Source of the DNA: Epiperipatus broadwayi
Taxonomy: Eukaryota; Animalia; Onychophora
Direction: 5' to 3'
Assembly: GCA_028023455.1 (NCBI GenBank)
Contig: JAQFVV010000006.1
Location: 11,284,001 to 11,348,000 of the forward strand
DNA length: 64,000 nt
Positions within the stretch are counted from its first letter, which is position 1; each line of letters opens with the position of its first letter. This document shows positions 1 through 10,290 of the stretch, piece after piece. Under the pieces are notes generated by a model. That model did not search any database. It was given only the letters and a program-made list of their open reading frames with translations, and was not told the origin of the DNA. The translations under genes were made by a program, and so were the position numbers.

Positions 1-700
1 GGGAAACTTAGGGTGGGGAATGGAAAGATAAAGTGGCTAACATCTTTCTCTGGGCATAGCTGCTGAGAGATTCCTGACTCCATATAAGTCACAGAGCATC
101 ACTTCACATAGAGCAATAGAAAGACTAGGAAGAGGGATAGAGATACCATTAATAAGTGGCAAAGGAGTATATACATTATCAGGTCTTTTATTTGCAGATG
201 ATGTCTTTTTGTGCACAGAAAGAAGGGAAGTTATGCTGAGAACATGTGCAAGGGTGGGTAAAGAGACGAGGATTAAGTTAGTGAAGAAAAATCAAAAGTA
301 ATGATTATTAACACTGGGGAAAGAGAAGACAAAGAATTTTTGTTGGGGGATATAAAGTTAAGGGTGGTGAATAGATATAACTGTTTGGGAATCATCTTAA
401 GTAATCAGAGAAATTGCTAGGATGAATGGGAGAAAAAATTGATAAATAAAGCAAAGAAAAGGGATTGATAAAGAAATTAAGTTTTCATATAATAAATATG
501 ACATAGCTAGAATTGTATGGGAGTAGCGGTAGAAGGGTTAATACTTTAGCAATAGTTATAAAAGTCAGTTGATCAAAAAACAAAGTTTATCTGGATGTGA
601 TTGGTTACCTAACTGATAAAATAGCTAATGAAAAGGTTACACACAATTTTGATACTACAAATATGCTTTGAATATCAAAGCCTTTGCGGAGGTGAACAGT
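1..700 (+). mobile_element. Degenerate non-LTR retrotransposon (LINE) reverse transcriptase fragment
   Basis: 189-206 reads LFADDV (RT catalytic motif), followed by KINxxKSKVMI-like and YxxLGI-like thumb motifs; many stops and frameshifts. Confidence 0.75.
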
Positions 701-789
701 CTAATTCTGTTTATAGGAATTTTTCATGCAGATTGACATAATAGTTCTCAAAACGTTTATAATAAATATAGTTTTTGGATTCTTGTATT

Positions 790-1745
790 TCTATTATAGT
801 AGGTGTTTTGATTGAATCTTGATGTGGTGCACTGTGACTTCTTTTTATAGTCAGGAAACTCTCGGCAACTATGCCCAGAGAAACCTGTTAGCCACTTTAC
901 CTTCCCTTTCCCTGCCCTGTGTTTTCCCATATCCTGCTCTATCCCATTTCCACAACATAATCTTTGTCAACTCCATGACCTTTATTTCTAAATCCCCCTT
1001 ATCTTCTCCCAAACTCAGCATAAAAATCAATAACCCACTTAAAGTATAATCTCTTTGCTGATATTTATTCTTCCACAACTTTATTATTTGTACCCTTTCT
1101 GCTTTCAGGTATTTACGTTCAATTAACAGATGCCTAATATTTTCTATGCCTCCCTTATACAACTTGTAGACTAAATCGCCCACATTTTTCCATTTATGTG
1201 TATAATCCCTGTGGCTAAAGATCCCGTTAAAGCCTTAAACAGTAAACTACTTTCCTTGCTATTATCATAAATTAACTTGCACCCAACATGTTTACTTCTA
1301 TATATATATGTAAACTCTTCTTACTCTATGCTAGTTCTGCATCTCCCTATTCTTTATTAATGCATCTATTCTTCTATCCCATACCCTACCACTATAACAC
1401 ACAATTCTCCTAATGCAATAATCCCATCTTTTGTACAAGTATACTGACATAAATTCTTTATCCAAATCTGCATACCGTATTACCTTTCTCACCCACTGTG
1501 TTACCTGCTTTATTCATAACCCAATTACATACTATTTTGGCTATTCTTTTATTATCCATAAACTGCAATCTACCAAACATTTTCATTTTGTTTTTCACAT
1601 ATCTCATATAAACACCTGACCATCCCATTTCTCCTTGAATTGCCTCCCATACACTTGCATCTAATGCATATCTTCCTACTTCTCTTTGTACTTTTTCCAA
1701 GTAATCTAATACATCTTTACTAATCCAACACATCATTACCATATT
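790..1745 (-). mobile_element. Degenerate LINE ORF2 C-terminal region
   Basis: ORF 1458..1742 has LEKVQREVGRYALDA..EAIQGEMGW..FGRLQFMDNKRIAK, typical post-RT LINE sequence; ORF 869..1183 continues it. Confidence 0.75.
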
Positions 1746-2009
1746 AATAATAAAATAAGTGATCTTTATATTACTTGAGACACAATTATTTCAGGATAGT
1801 AAAATTTTCTCAAAGATGAGATTTCATTAAAAATTTTGGTGGGCTATTTCTTAAGAAACTTGCAATTGTGGACTGACATTCTTTTGAAGATTCTTTTTTC
1901 CATGTGGAGAACTAACATATAATATTCTCCAAAAACTGGTTTAAATTTTCTTTTAATCATGAAAAGTCTTTGTTCTTTTATTTCCCTCATTCTTTTGCTA
2001 TCTAAGGTA

Positions 2010-2165
2010 AGTTTTAGTTCTATCTAAATATCTCAACTAGTTTCTAGCTTCAATAGAGAGAGGGGTTTTTTGATTTTTTTAAACAGTGCACCGGACCTTG
2101 TGGATCTGATACCTCTTACCCCTAACAGCCTTTTTGTTATGCCATCGAGTCATCAATCCAAACTA
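2010..2165 (-). mobile_element. Highly decayed copy of HHR family A'
   Basis: ctagtttctagctt near 2036-2050 matches the reverse complement of the family A' GAAACTAG core seen at 17900-17915. Confidence 0.35.
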
Positions 2166-2380
2166 AATATGTTAAATGTTTTCAATCCAAGCATAGGAAA
2201 GATGCTTTAATGGCAAAAGAATCAGGAGAATAAAAGAATTTGCTAATGAATGGCAATGTGTAAGCTAAGGTCACGTGTTGATCATGTGATGTTTTTTTGG
2301 TCATGAAAGTTTTGTATAAATAATATATTTTATTGCTTTTACAATTTTTTTCTTTCAAAAAGACTACTACTAATATGTTC

Positions 2381-2495
2381 GTCAAGCGTTGTTAGCTGAG
2401 AGGTCAGCGCAGCCGCCATGCAAGAAAGTAGTTGGTTGCAGATGGTTGTTGCGGATTCGCCTCCCGGCCAATGCTATGATATATGGAGAAAAAAA
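2381..2495 (+). mobile_element. tRNA-derived SINE family 1 (decayed copy)
   Basis: Same gtcaa leader, gaggtcagcg, 3' tRNA-Gly-like end (ctcccggccaatgc) and tatga..atg.ag-A-rich tail as the 8971-9075 copy. Confidence 0.7.
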
Positions 2496-3779
2496 GAGGC
2501 TTAGAAGAAACAGTGTTATGAGTAATAAATAATTTGCATGCATATATATATATATACTGTACGTGTGTGTGTATGCAGATAAAACATTCACTGCAAACTC
2601 GAATTCTTTCACAGCCCTTGTAGAGAAGCTGAAAAATTGAGTCAATTTCACTCTAGTAAGAGTCATATTATGTATGTTGAGTATAACTGAACAACAATAA
2701 AAAAACTCCAACAAATCAAATATATATAAATTTTCTTTTTTTAATTCTATGATAATTAAAAGAATAAGTATTTTTTATTCATAATTTTAAAAAAAGTTAC
2801 AAACTTATTTTACAAAAGTTAAAAACATTTTAAAACGAAGCTAAGCTAAAAGCAGAAACAGATAACATTTAAATTTCACTGAAGGAAATGATTTTTTATT
2901 CTTAATTTTAACCTTTCATTATTATTTAAAATAACCTTTTCTATAAGTGATACATTGACTTATTAAATGGAAAGAACTTTTAAATAGTTCTAGTCCTGGG
3001 TGGTTTGGTACAGTGGCAGTTTACAACTAGAGGTCCGAAGATCATAGTTTCTTTTCTAGGACTTTTAAGTCCAGCAATAAGCCATTTTATTAAGAAGTAG
3101 TTCTTAAAACTAAGAACTATTTCTTTAAACTTTTAGATTTACCAAGAATCATATGAGCAAAGATTCTATCTCCTCTTTTTGGTATAGTTATCCTTAGAAT
3201 AGTTTAGGGAGTGTACAACCCACGATCCACATACAGTCCAGAATGGCTACGAAGACTAAGCAAAATCATAAACTTATTTAAAACATTTCAAATGTGACTA
3301 AAATAAAGGTCCATATGCTCCACTATCTATACTATGCATAGGCTAGTTTTATGGTACTGCGCATGTTCTACTGTTATCATCCAAGTGCAGACAATGGAAT
3401 CTGACAACATCAGACATTACATGTGCTCATGTATCTTGAAAGGCAGCAATTTATCAATAATATTTCACTCTACCATTACAATGTTAAGGGTTTGAAGTTA
3501 TTTAGGTCAGGTAAGCATTATTATTTGATTATTAAGAGAACTTCCCCATCTCTGCAGCATCTTACATGCATACCATGTAATATGTACACTTGCTATATCC
3601 ATGATCACAAACTTGGAACGTGTTTGGTGATTTTAAAAGACTCCGAATAGACTGCTATACAATTAGGATTATGTAAGGGGTTTTTTTTTTTTGCTTATTG
3701 GTGGTAATGGAAATAAAAATTATGTATGAACCATTTTTAACTAATCAGCTTTTGTTAGTGTTTATGTATTTAATGTGTA

Positions 3780-4236
3780 GCTCCCAAAACTCTTCTTTCA
3801 AGGTTGCCTAGAGATGCCAAAAAAGTTGGACATTTCTGGTTTACAAGCTTCTTTAACAATAAAGTGAGACACCTTCCCATTCTTTAAATGATGTCAGAGC
3901 TTATCTAAATAATATTTTCCCAAGTAGATGGATTGTACCTGCCATATTATCAAATTTAATGCCAATGAAATTTTTTTATGGACCTGCTTAAAAGACCTTA
4001 TTTATATTCCAAAATGATCAAATATTCTATAATTATAGCAAACTATTGAAGCAGAAGATGCAACGAGTATAGACTTTAGTTTCTTGACTACATCAAAATA
4101 TAAATAGAGGACAATTTGAACATTTGCACTGATGTATATTTTACTATATCTTTTCTTTATGGTAAAATTAATTAATAAAAGTAAATGTATAAATTATTAA
4201 ATTTAAAATGTGCATAACATTTTTGGACACCATATA
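3780..4236 (+). mobile_element. Tc1/mariner (maT/DD37D-like) transposase C-terminal relic with 3' TIR remnant
   Basis: Translates to VRAYLNNIFPSRWI and SNLMPMKFFLWTCLKDLIY, a decayed SPDLxPxDFFLWGxLKxxVY motif; ends in ttttggacaccatata. Confidence 0.7.
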
Positions 4237-4419
4237 TAAATAAATACTTCACAAGAATGGATTGGCAATTGCCCACACATTATGTGGAATATAATTTTTA
4301 CATATTGAAAGGAAATATATCTATGTGTCTGAAAAGGAAGATTTTTAATAAATGTGTTTTACCAATTTTTGCTTATAGATCTGGATACTTAACAGAAAAG
4401 TAATACAGAGATCTCACAC

Positions 4420-4750
4420 CACTCAATGAAGTATGGAGAGATGCATATTAGGAGTAGCAAGAAAGGATTGAAAATAAAATACGGAGAGAGAACAAGCAGA
4501 TATTCCTGATAGCATTAAAATAATTAAGAGATTGAAATGGAGTTGAACATATGGCTAAAAACGATTATTACAGATGGATAGTTGGAGTTTTAAATGAATC
4601 TTAAGAGATAACGACCTAGAAAGAGACCATACACGAGATGGAAGGATCAGGACGTTTTCTGGTGTGATGTGGAGAAGTTATAGATCAGAGAAACTGGATT
4701 AAACTTGGAGAATCCTGCAGTGCACCAGTAGATAAAAATGATAATGATAC
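4420..4750 (+). mobile_element. RTE-type LINE 3' fragment
   Basis: Homologous to 26984-27545 (QRSMERCMLG..LKWSWAGH..RW.D) with a GAT-rich tail. Confidence 0.8.
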
Positions 4751-5181
4751 AAACACATATATATAATTAATTAAAGTGATATTAAATTTTGAAAACGTTA
4801 GTGTATTTTATTCTATAAATTATTACAAGATGGGGAAAAAAATCAAACTAGTTAATCATATAACAACATATACAATAAAAGAAAAAATACAGTAGACAAT
4901 GCTTTAAAGACTTACATTTTTCAAATAATTTTATATTTACAGCGCCGCTTTTATTATATATATATAATATACACATACTATATAATATGTTAAACTTTCA
5001 GGTAAGGTTCTACGCAACAATAACTTACAACAAGTAATACACATATCATTCCTTATAATAGATTTTCCTTTGCTTAATATACTTTTTTACTATATATTTG
5101 ATATTGGACTATAATATAAAATCTTCAACATCGGACTACCATTTTTAATTAACGACTCTCTTTTGCAGGATAAGCATAGAG

Positions 5182-5211
5182 CAGGAAGTTACGTAACAGG
5201 AAGTTACGTAA
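5182..5211. promoter_or_regulatory. Tandem 15-bp CAGGAAGTTACGTAA (ETS-like GGAAGT overlapping a PAR-bZIP/C-EBP-type TTACGTAA palindrome)
   Basis: Two exact adjacent copies in a locally CpG-retaining region; CACGTG at 5800-5805. Confidence 0.3.
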
Positions 5212-5923
5212 ACTAAAATCAAAACATTTCCTTCAGTGAATTACAACAGTGCTTTAATAAACAACAGTATAAAAGTAAAAAAAAAAAGCAAGCAACAAAT
5301 AATTTTTGATTACATAATATTAATTTCAAGATCTTTGTAGAAATATTTACACGCCTTAAATATAACAACCTTATCACATAAACTAAAAATATTACTGTAA
5401 AGATCTAATATGAAGCAAATGCTACGTGGGAAAACCAACGACTATGAATAAAAATCAAACTTAATTTTTAATTATAAAGTAGTTGAGAATTATATGCAGT
5501 GTGCGTTGATTTAATTTCACAGATAGAATTTGCATAGCCACACGCCATAATTTTTATTATTTCAACCCGCAAATTGAATTCTCAAAAAGATTGTCTTAAG
5601 TAGTACAAAAAGAAAAGAAAAATATTAGTATTATTTTTATTAAAGCAACAATTAAACATTTGATAATACTTTTTATAAATATCCGTATCAAAATTCGTAA
5701 GTATGCGTAACATATATATTTACAGTGTTCCCATGCTAAAATGACCGGTTGCCGTAAACAAACATATTTGCAATAACTACATCTGAAGTATGATAGTCTC
5801 ACGTGAAACATATTCAAAAGCTAGCTTTATAATAAATACATATAGGAATACCTCAAATAGTGTGATTTATGAATCCCAAAAGCTGTATTATTTGAAATTA
5901 TTAGCAATAAACTAATAGGGTAT

Positions 5924-6174
5924 ACAAGACATTTATTTTTTATATAGCGCGATGTTTTTTATAATCTATAATATTAATAAGCCAATAAGCTAATACACAT
6001 GCGCTTTGCAGATGTCACTATATAAATGAATACTCCCACTTTTTCAAATATCTCATGTTTGAAAAAGTGGGAGTATTCATTTATATAGTGACATCTGCAA
6101 AGCGCATGTGTATTAGCTTAATAATATTATAGATTATAAAAAACATCGCGCTATATAAAAAATAAATGTCTTGT
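5924..6174. repeat. Near-perfect palindrome (arms about 125/117 bp, 9-nt loop) with a third partial arm copy at about 6388-6465
   Basis: 5924-6048 is the reverse complement of 6058-6174 apart from an 8-bp indel; loop tatctcatg. Confidence 0.95.
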
Positions 6175-6589
6175 TTACATATGTTTAATTATAAGAATGC
6201 CGTATAGTAAATTCTAGAAATTTCATTAGCGTCATTCATTTACATAGTAAAAAAGTAATTTAAAGTGATCAATTAATAACTTCACGCTCTTCATTTCAAA
6301 CACTTCAGATTTGCCCGTACATATACGGTTGGGTCGAAAATATAGGTGGATTCATTCTATATTTTCTTAAAGACTTTATCTCGTGTTTAAAAAAGTGGGA
6401 GTATTCATTTATATAGAGACATCTGCAAAGCGCATGTGTATTAGCTTATTAATATTATAGATAATAGGGTATAGTATGTTTTATATTTTTATAGGCAATT
6501 CACTTCAAATTGAATGCAGACAAGATTAAAAGAGAAGCAAAATATATACACGTTTGAAAATTTGTGATGGGGGGTAATTATAAGTGGAA

Positions 6590-6860
6590 CCATTTCCATC
6601 ATATAATATTGTTGAAAGATTTTAGAAAAATTCAAACTTTATTTAAACTTCTCAAATACATTCAACTATTAGTAATAGCACACAGGTTAGTTTATAACCA
6701 CCATTTCAAAAGAATAGCCTAGTTGGTTGGAATGTTGCCATAAATTCAATATTCATAAAATTAAAGGTCCCAGGTTTAATTCCCTTGCTAGTATTGTCAT
6801 TAGGTAGGCCAACAACACTCAAAGAAGAGAATATCATTCAAAATGTTAGTATAGCATACC
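6590..6860 (+). mobile_element. HHR family D copy (tRNA head plus decayed hammerhead)
   Basis: 6590-6708 matches 60190-60310; A box tagcctagttgg at 6715-6726, B box ggtttaattccc at 6773-6784, then a linker and decayed core homologous to 60596-60660. Confidence 0.65.
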
Positions 6861-7104
6861 ATTTACACCTTTCTTAAACACTTGACTGTCCTGCAATCAT
6901 CATCAGAGCTCTGATGATGACTGCAGCACAGTTGAAACTGTTAGTTTTGAAATAAATAAATATTGATAAAGCTCTGATGATGACTGCAGAACAGTTGAAA
7001 CTGTTAGTTTTGATATAAATAAAGAGTATTGATAAAGCTCTGATGATGATTGCAGGACAGCAAAACTTGTTGAGTATTGATAAAGTGTTTAAGAAAGTGT
7101 AAAT
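6861..7104 (+). ncRNA. Tandem minimal hammerhead array (3 forward cores, 1 inverted partial core) inside short terminal inverted repeats
   Basis: CTGATGA at 6911, 6974 and 7040; copies 1-2 have stem II GACTG/CAGTT, GAAA, ACTGT, cleavage triplet GTT and a 7-bp stem I; terminal IR 6861-6882 / 7083-7104. Confidence 0.8.
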
Positions 7105-7366
7105 CATATGATATGTTAAAGTAGAAATCAATGCATAGGAAAAGAAAATTATATTTTTTTCAAAATGTTAATGTTATAAACTATACAGTTGAATGCATTT
7201 GAAAAATTTAAATAGTTTGAATTTTTCTAAACACATTTAACAATATTTAAGTATGTTCATATAATAATTATCTATTAAACATATGAGTTTATGATTCAAG
7301 TCGTTAATATAATGTGCCTCAGTAATGATGTTTCAGAAATGAACAATTAATAATATATAAAATAAA

Positions 7367-8038
7367 TCTTTTATTTGAATAAACTTAGAAAATTTCTTTT
7401 TTTTTGAGGCAATACACATTGTATTTTTTTTTTTAATAAAAAAAGGAAAAAGAGCACATTTAAATAATAAAAGCGACTGATTTTAAGTATTGATAAAAGT
7501 TCTACAAAGTGTGATATTTGTAAATAACTATGGCCACAATAGTTACAAGAAAGAGAATAAAAATTGAATGAAAGATAAAAGTTTGTAGAAGAAATTCGGG
7601 AGGTGTTCAATGTACAAATGCATAATGAGTTTTCAGGGGGATATAAAAGAGATGGACATGAATAAAGGAGTTCTTGTTCTTTGCTTTTTTTGGATATACT
7701 ACAAGATACAAAATTACTCCATAATAGGTAGTTGCCGATATGCAGAGGGCCTAGAACAACTGTGCATCACTGGTTTTCCTTTTGCTTGGATGCCATTATC
7801 ATAATTTAGAAGAATGAAGTCATCACCTGCCCGAAGCATTGCATCAAAGCTGGAACTTAATATATGGATCACAGAGTAAAAGCCAAGGGTCATACTCATT
7901 ACCAAGGAATTATTTTTCTGGACAATCTTACCGGTAAGAAATTAAACTTTGAGTTCATATTTATTGAAATAATTTTTGAAGATATTACCCCTGTCATGTA
8001 AACTATAAATAGGGAAGTGATTAATGGATTACAATGAA
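7367..8038. repeat. About 670-bp segment duplicated at 8853-9626 (roughly 80% identical by eye)
   Basis: Collinear match from ttttatttgaataaacttagaaaatttc to gtgattaatggattacaatgaa; decayed coding-like content of unknown family. Confidence 0.9.
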
Positions 8039-8042
8039 CCTT

Positions 8043-8188
8043 ACATGATCACCATTTCTTATGCTTGCTTATAACTGTTATTAAAACAAGCAAAATTCTC
8101 CATATAGTATTGCTACTCAGTGCAAGCCAGACTAATCAATGGATGCCAGAAGGTTAGAGCAGAAAATCTCCATCTAGTGCCTACTCAG
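8043..8188 (-). mobile_element. HHR family A fragment (no core retained)
   Basis: Matches 49100-49160 and 51306-51405 (gcaaaa..ctc..aatcaatggatgccagaagg..ctagtgcctactca). Confidence 0.8.
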
Positions 8189-8189
8189 A

Positions 8190-8652
8190 GTTTATACCTC
8201 AACAGACCCATAAAGGGTGGGCAAGACAACTTCCACAAATTGTAAGTTATATGAATTGGACAATGAATCAACAGGCTTTGCTCCAATTCGGCTTCATTTT
8301 GGTCAATCTGTGCCAGTATTATACAAGTTGAGATTGCCTAATTGTTCCTGAGAAAATCAACTAAGAGGCAGACAGTGCATTGCGCAGAAATAATGGCATG
8401 ATGACAGGGCATAGGGACAACTAGATTTAGAGTAGGGGATCAATTATGGCTCATGAGTAACTCAGTCAGTCATGCAGACAGACACATTTTCAAAAAGTTT
8501 CAAAATATATATGAAGGCCCATATCACATAGTAAGAGAAAACAAGCCAAACGCTTTTACACTAGCCAATGATAAAGGGGGAAAAGGCACATATAACACAA
8601 GGGCTTAAAGCCATATCATCCAATACAGTAAATCATGATTGGGGGAGGGGGG
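8190..8652 (+). mobile_element. Ty3/Gypsy integrase C-terminal fragment with GPY/F region and polypurine tract
   Basis: Reads WARQLPQIV..STGFAPIRLHFG..FRVGDQLWL..KKFQNIYEGPYHIV..NAFTL..YNT..LKPY with frameshifts; G-rich PPT at 8641-8652. Confidence 0.8.
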
Positions 8653-8852
8653 TAATTAATCAATAGAAATATACTATATATATATAAAATAGAATTAGCC
8701 AAAACATCTAATTTATTCTCATGATTAACCGTGGGGGGTATTGCAACCATGCAAAGTGTGTTCGCAGTTGAATTTGAAGACTTTTCTAATAGTAAATATA
8801 TATAAAAAATAAAAACATGTTCAGTGAATTTTGTATATATATATAAAATAAA

Positions 8853-9626
8853 CCTTTTATTTGAATAAACTTAGAAAATTTCTTTTCCTTGAGGCAATAC
8901 ACATTGTACTTTTTTTTTATTTTCAATATAAAAAAAAGAGCAAATTTAAATAATAAAAGCAACTACTGATGTCAAGCATTGGTGGTCGAGAGGTCAGCGA
9001 CAGCTGCTTTACAAGCAGTTGTCCCGGGATAGCGGGTTCACTTCCCGACTGATGCTATGACACATGAGAGGAAAAAAAAGCAACTACTGATTTTAAATAT
9101 TGATAAAAGTTCTACAAAGCATGATATTAGTAATTAAATATGGCGGTGATAGTTATAAGAAAGAAAACTTTGAAAACAAAAATCTAATGAAAAATAAATT
9201 TTGAAGAAGAAATTCGGGAGGGGTTCAATGTACATGAGTGATGAGTTTGATGGACATGAATAAAAAAATTCTTATTCTTTGCTCCTTTTTTGGATGTACT
9301 GCAAGATATAGAATTACTCCATGATAATTGCCGATATGCAGAGAGGTGTCTAGAACACCTGTGCATAGCTGGTTTTCCTTTTCCTTGGACATCATTATTA
9401 TGATTTAAAAGACTGAAATGGAAGCATTGCCTCAATTGGAACTTAGTATACGGATCGCAGAGTAAAAGCCGAGGATTATATTCACTACCAAGGAACTATT
9501 TTTTTGGACAATCTTACCAGTAAAAAATTAAACTTTGAGCTCATAATATTTATTGAAATAACTTTTGAAGATATTACCCCTGTCACGTAAATTATAAAAA
9601 GGGAAGTGATTAATGGATTACAATGA
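8853..9626. repeat. Second copy of the 7367-8038 segment, carrying a SINE insertion
   Basis: Direct alignment with 7367-8038. Confidence 0.9.
8971..9075 (+). mobile_element. tRNA-derived SINE family 1 with 16-bp TSD
   Basis: Cloverleaf 8976-9055 (acceptor GCATTGG/CTGATGC, anticodon loop TTTACAA); TSD aaaagcaactactgat at 8955-8970 and 9076-9091; empty site in the paralogue near 7460-7480. Confidence 0.9.
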
Positions 9627-9840
9627 ATTTTAAATATGGTACATGAATCATTATAGTTATATTACTTTTTTTTATTCCTTAAATTGAAATATGCTCTCAA
9701 TAATAAAAAAAAAAAAGAAGAGAATTGCAATGTGTTATTTGTTTATGCCTCGTAAATATATTCTCTCAGCGATCTTTGAAAATTCAACTGTTGATGACAA
9801 CACACTTTATTGTATTTCAGGTTTATTATTCAAGGTATTG

Positions 9841-9847
<7 letters not shown>

Positions 9848-9874
<27 letters not shown>
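9848..9874. repeat. (TA)n microsatellite
   Basis: Direct reading. Confidence 0.95.
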
Positions 9875-9877
<3 letters not shown>

Positions 9878-10290
9878 AACGGGCACACATGCTGTTACAT
9901 TCTAATAAATAAAATTAAGAATAAAAAGTTTGCAAATAAAAATGTTTTTAAAAATTGAAAATTAAAAGTCATCTAAACGCGTATATATATAAAATTGCAC
10001 AGATGGAAAATTATTAAAAAAAAACTTTATTAAAGGAAAAAAAAGTATTTTAAAACTACATTTTCAGAAAAAAACCTAAAGAATTAAAGATAAAAATATA
10101 TCTTTAAGAATGTATATAATTTAATTAATGCTATTGTGTAATATGGAAATGATTATTTTCAATTAGTTAAAGTAAACTAGCCCTTGGGCATCTCAAAATT
10201 TATAAATAAAGGTCAGATAGGAGAGAAAAAACAATAGAAACAGAATAGCCAATAAAAAAAATCCCTCAGGAAATGGACCTCAGAAAAAGA
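9875..10290. mobile_element. Truncated copy of the 55790-58049 LTR-like element (first about 410 bp)
   Basis: Starts tgtaacgggcaca and aligns with 55790-56200 up to ggacctca. Confidence 0.8.

Noticed and set aside
6874-7131. 85-aa repetitive ORF; array could be mistaken for CRISPR
   Set aside because: It is the antisense translation of the tandem HHR array; the units have no unique spacers, the context is eukaryotic and there are no cas genes.
8976-9055. Functional tRNA-Val(TAC) gene
   Set aside because: Non-canonical T loop, TSD plus A-rich tail, and absence from the paralogous site indicate a SINE.
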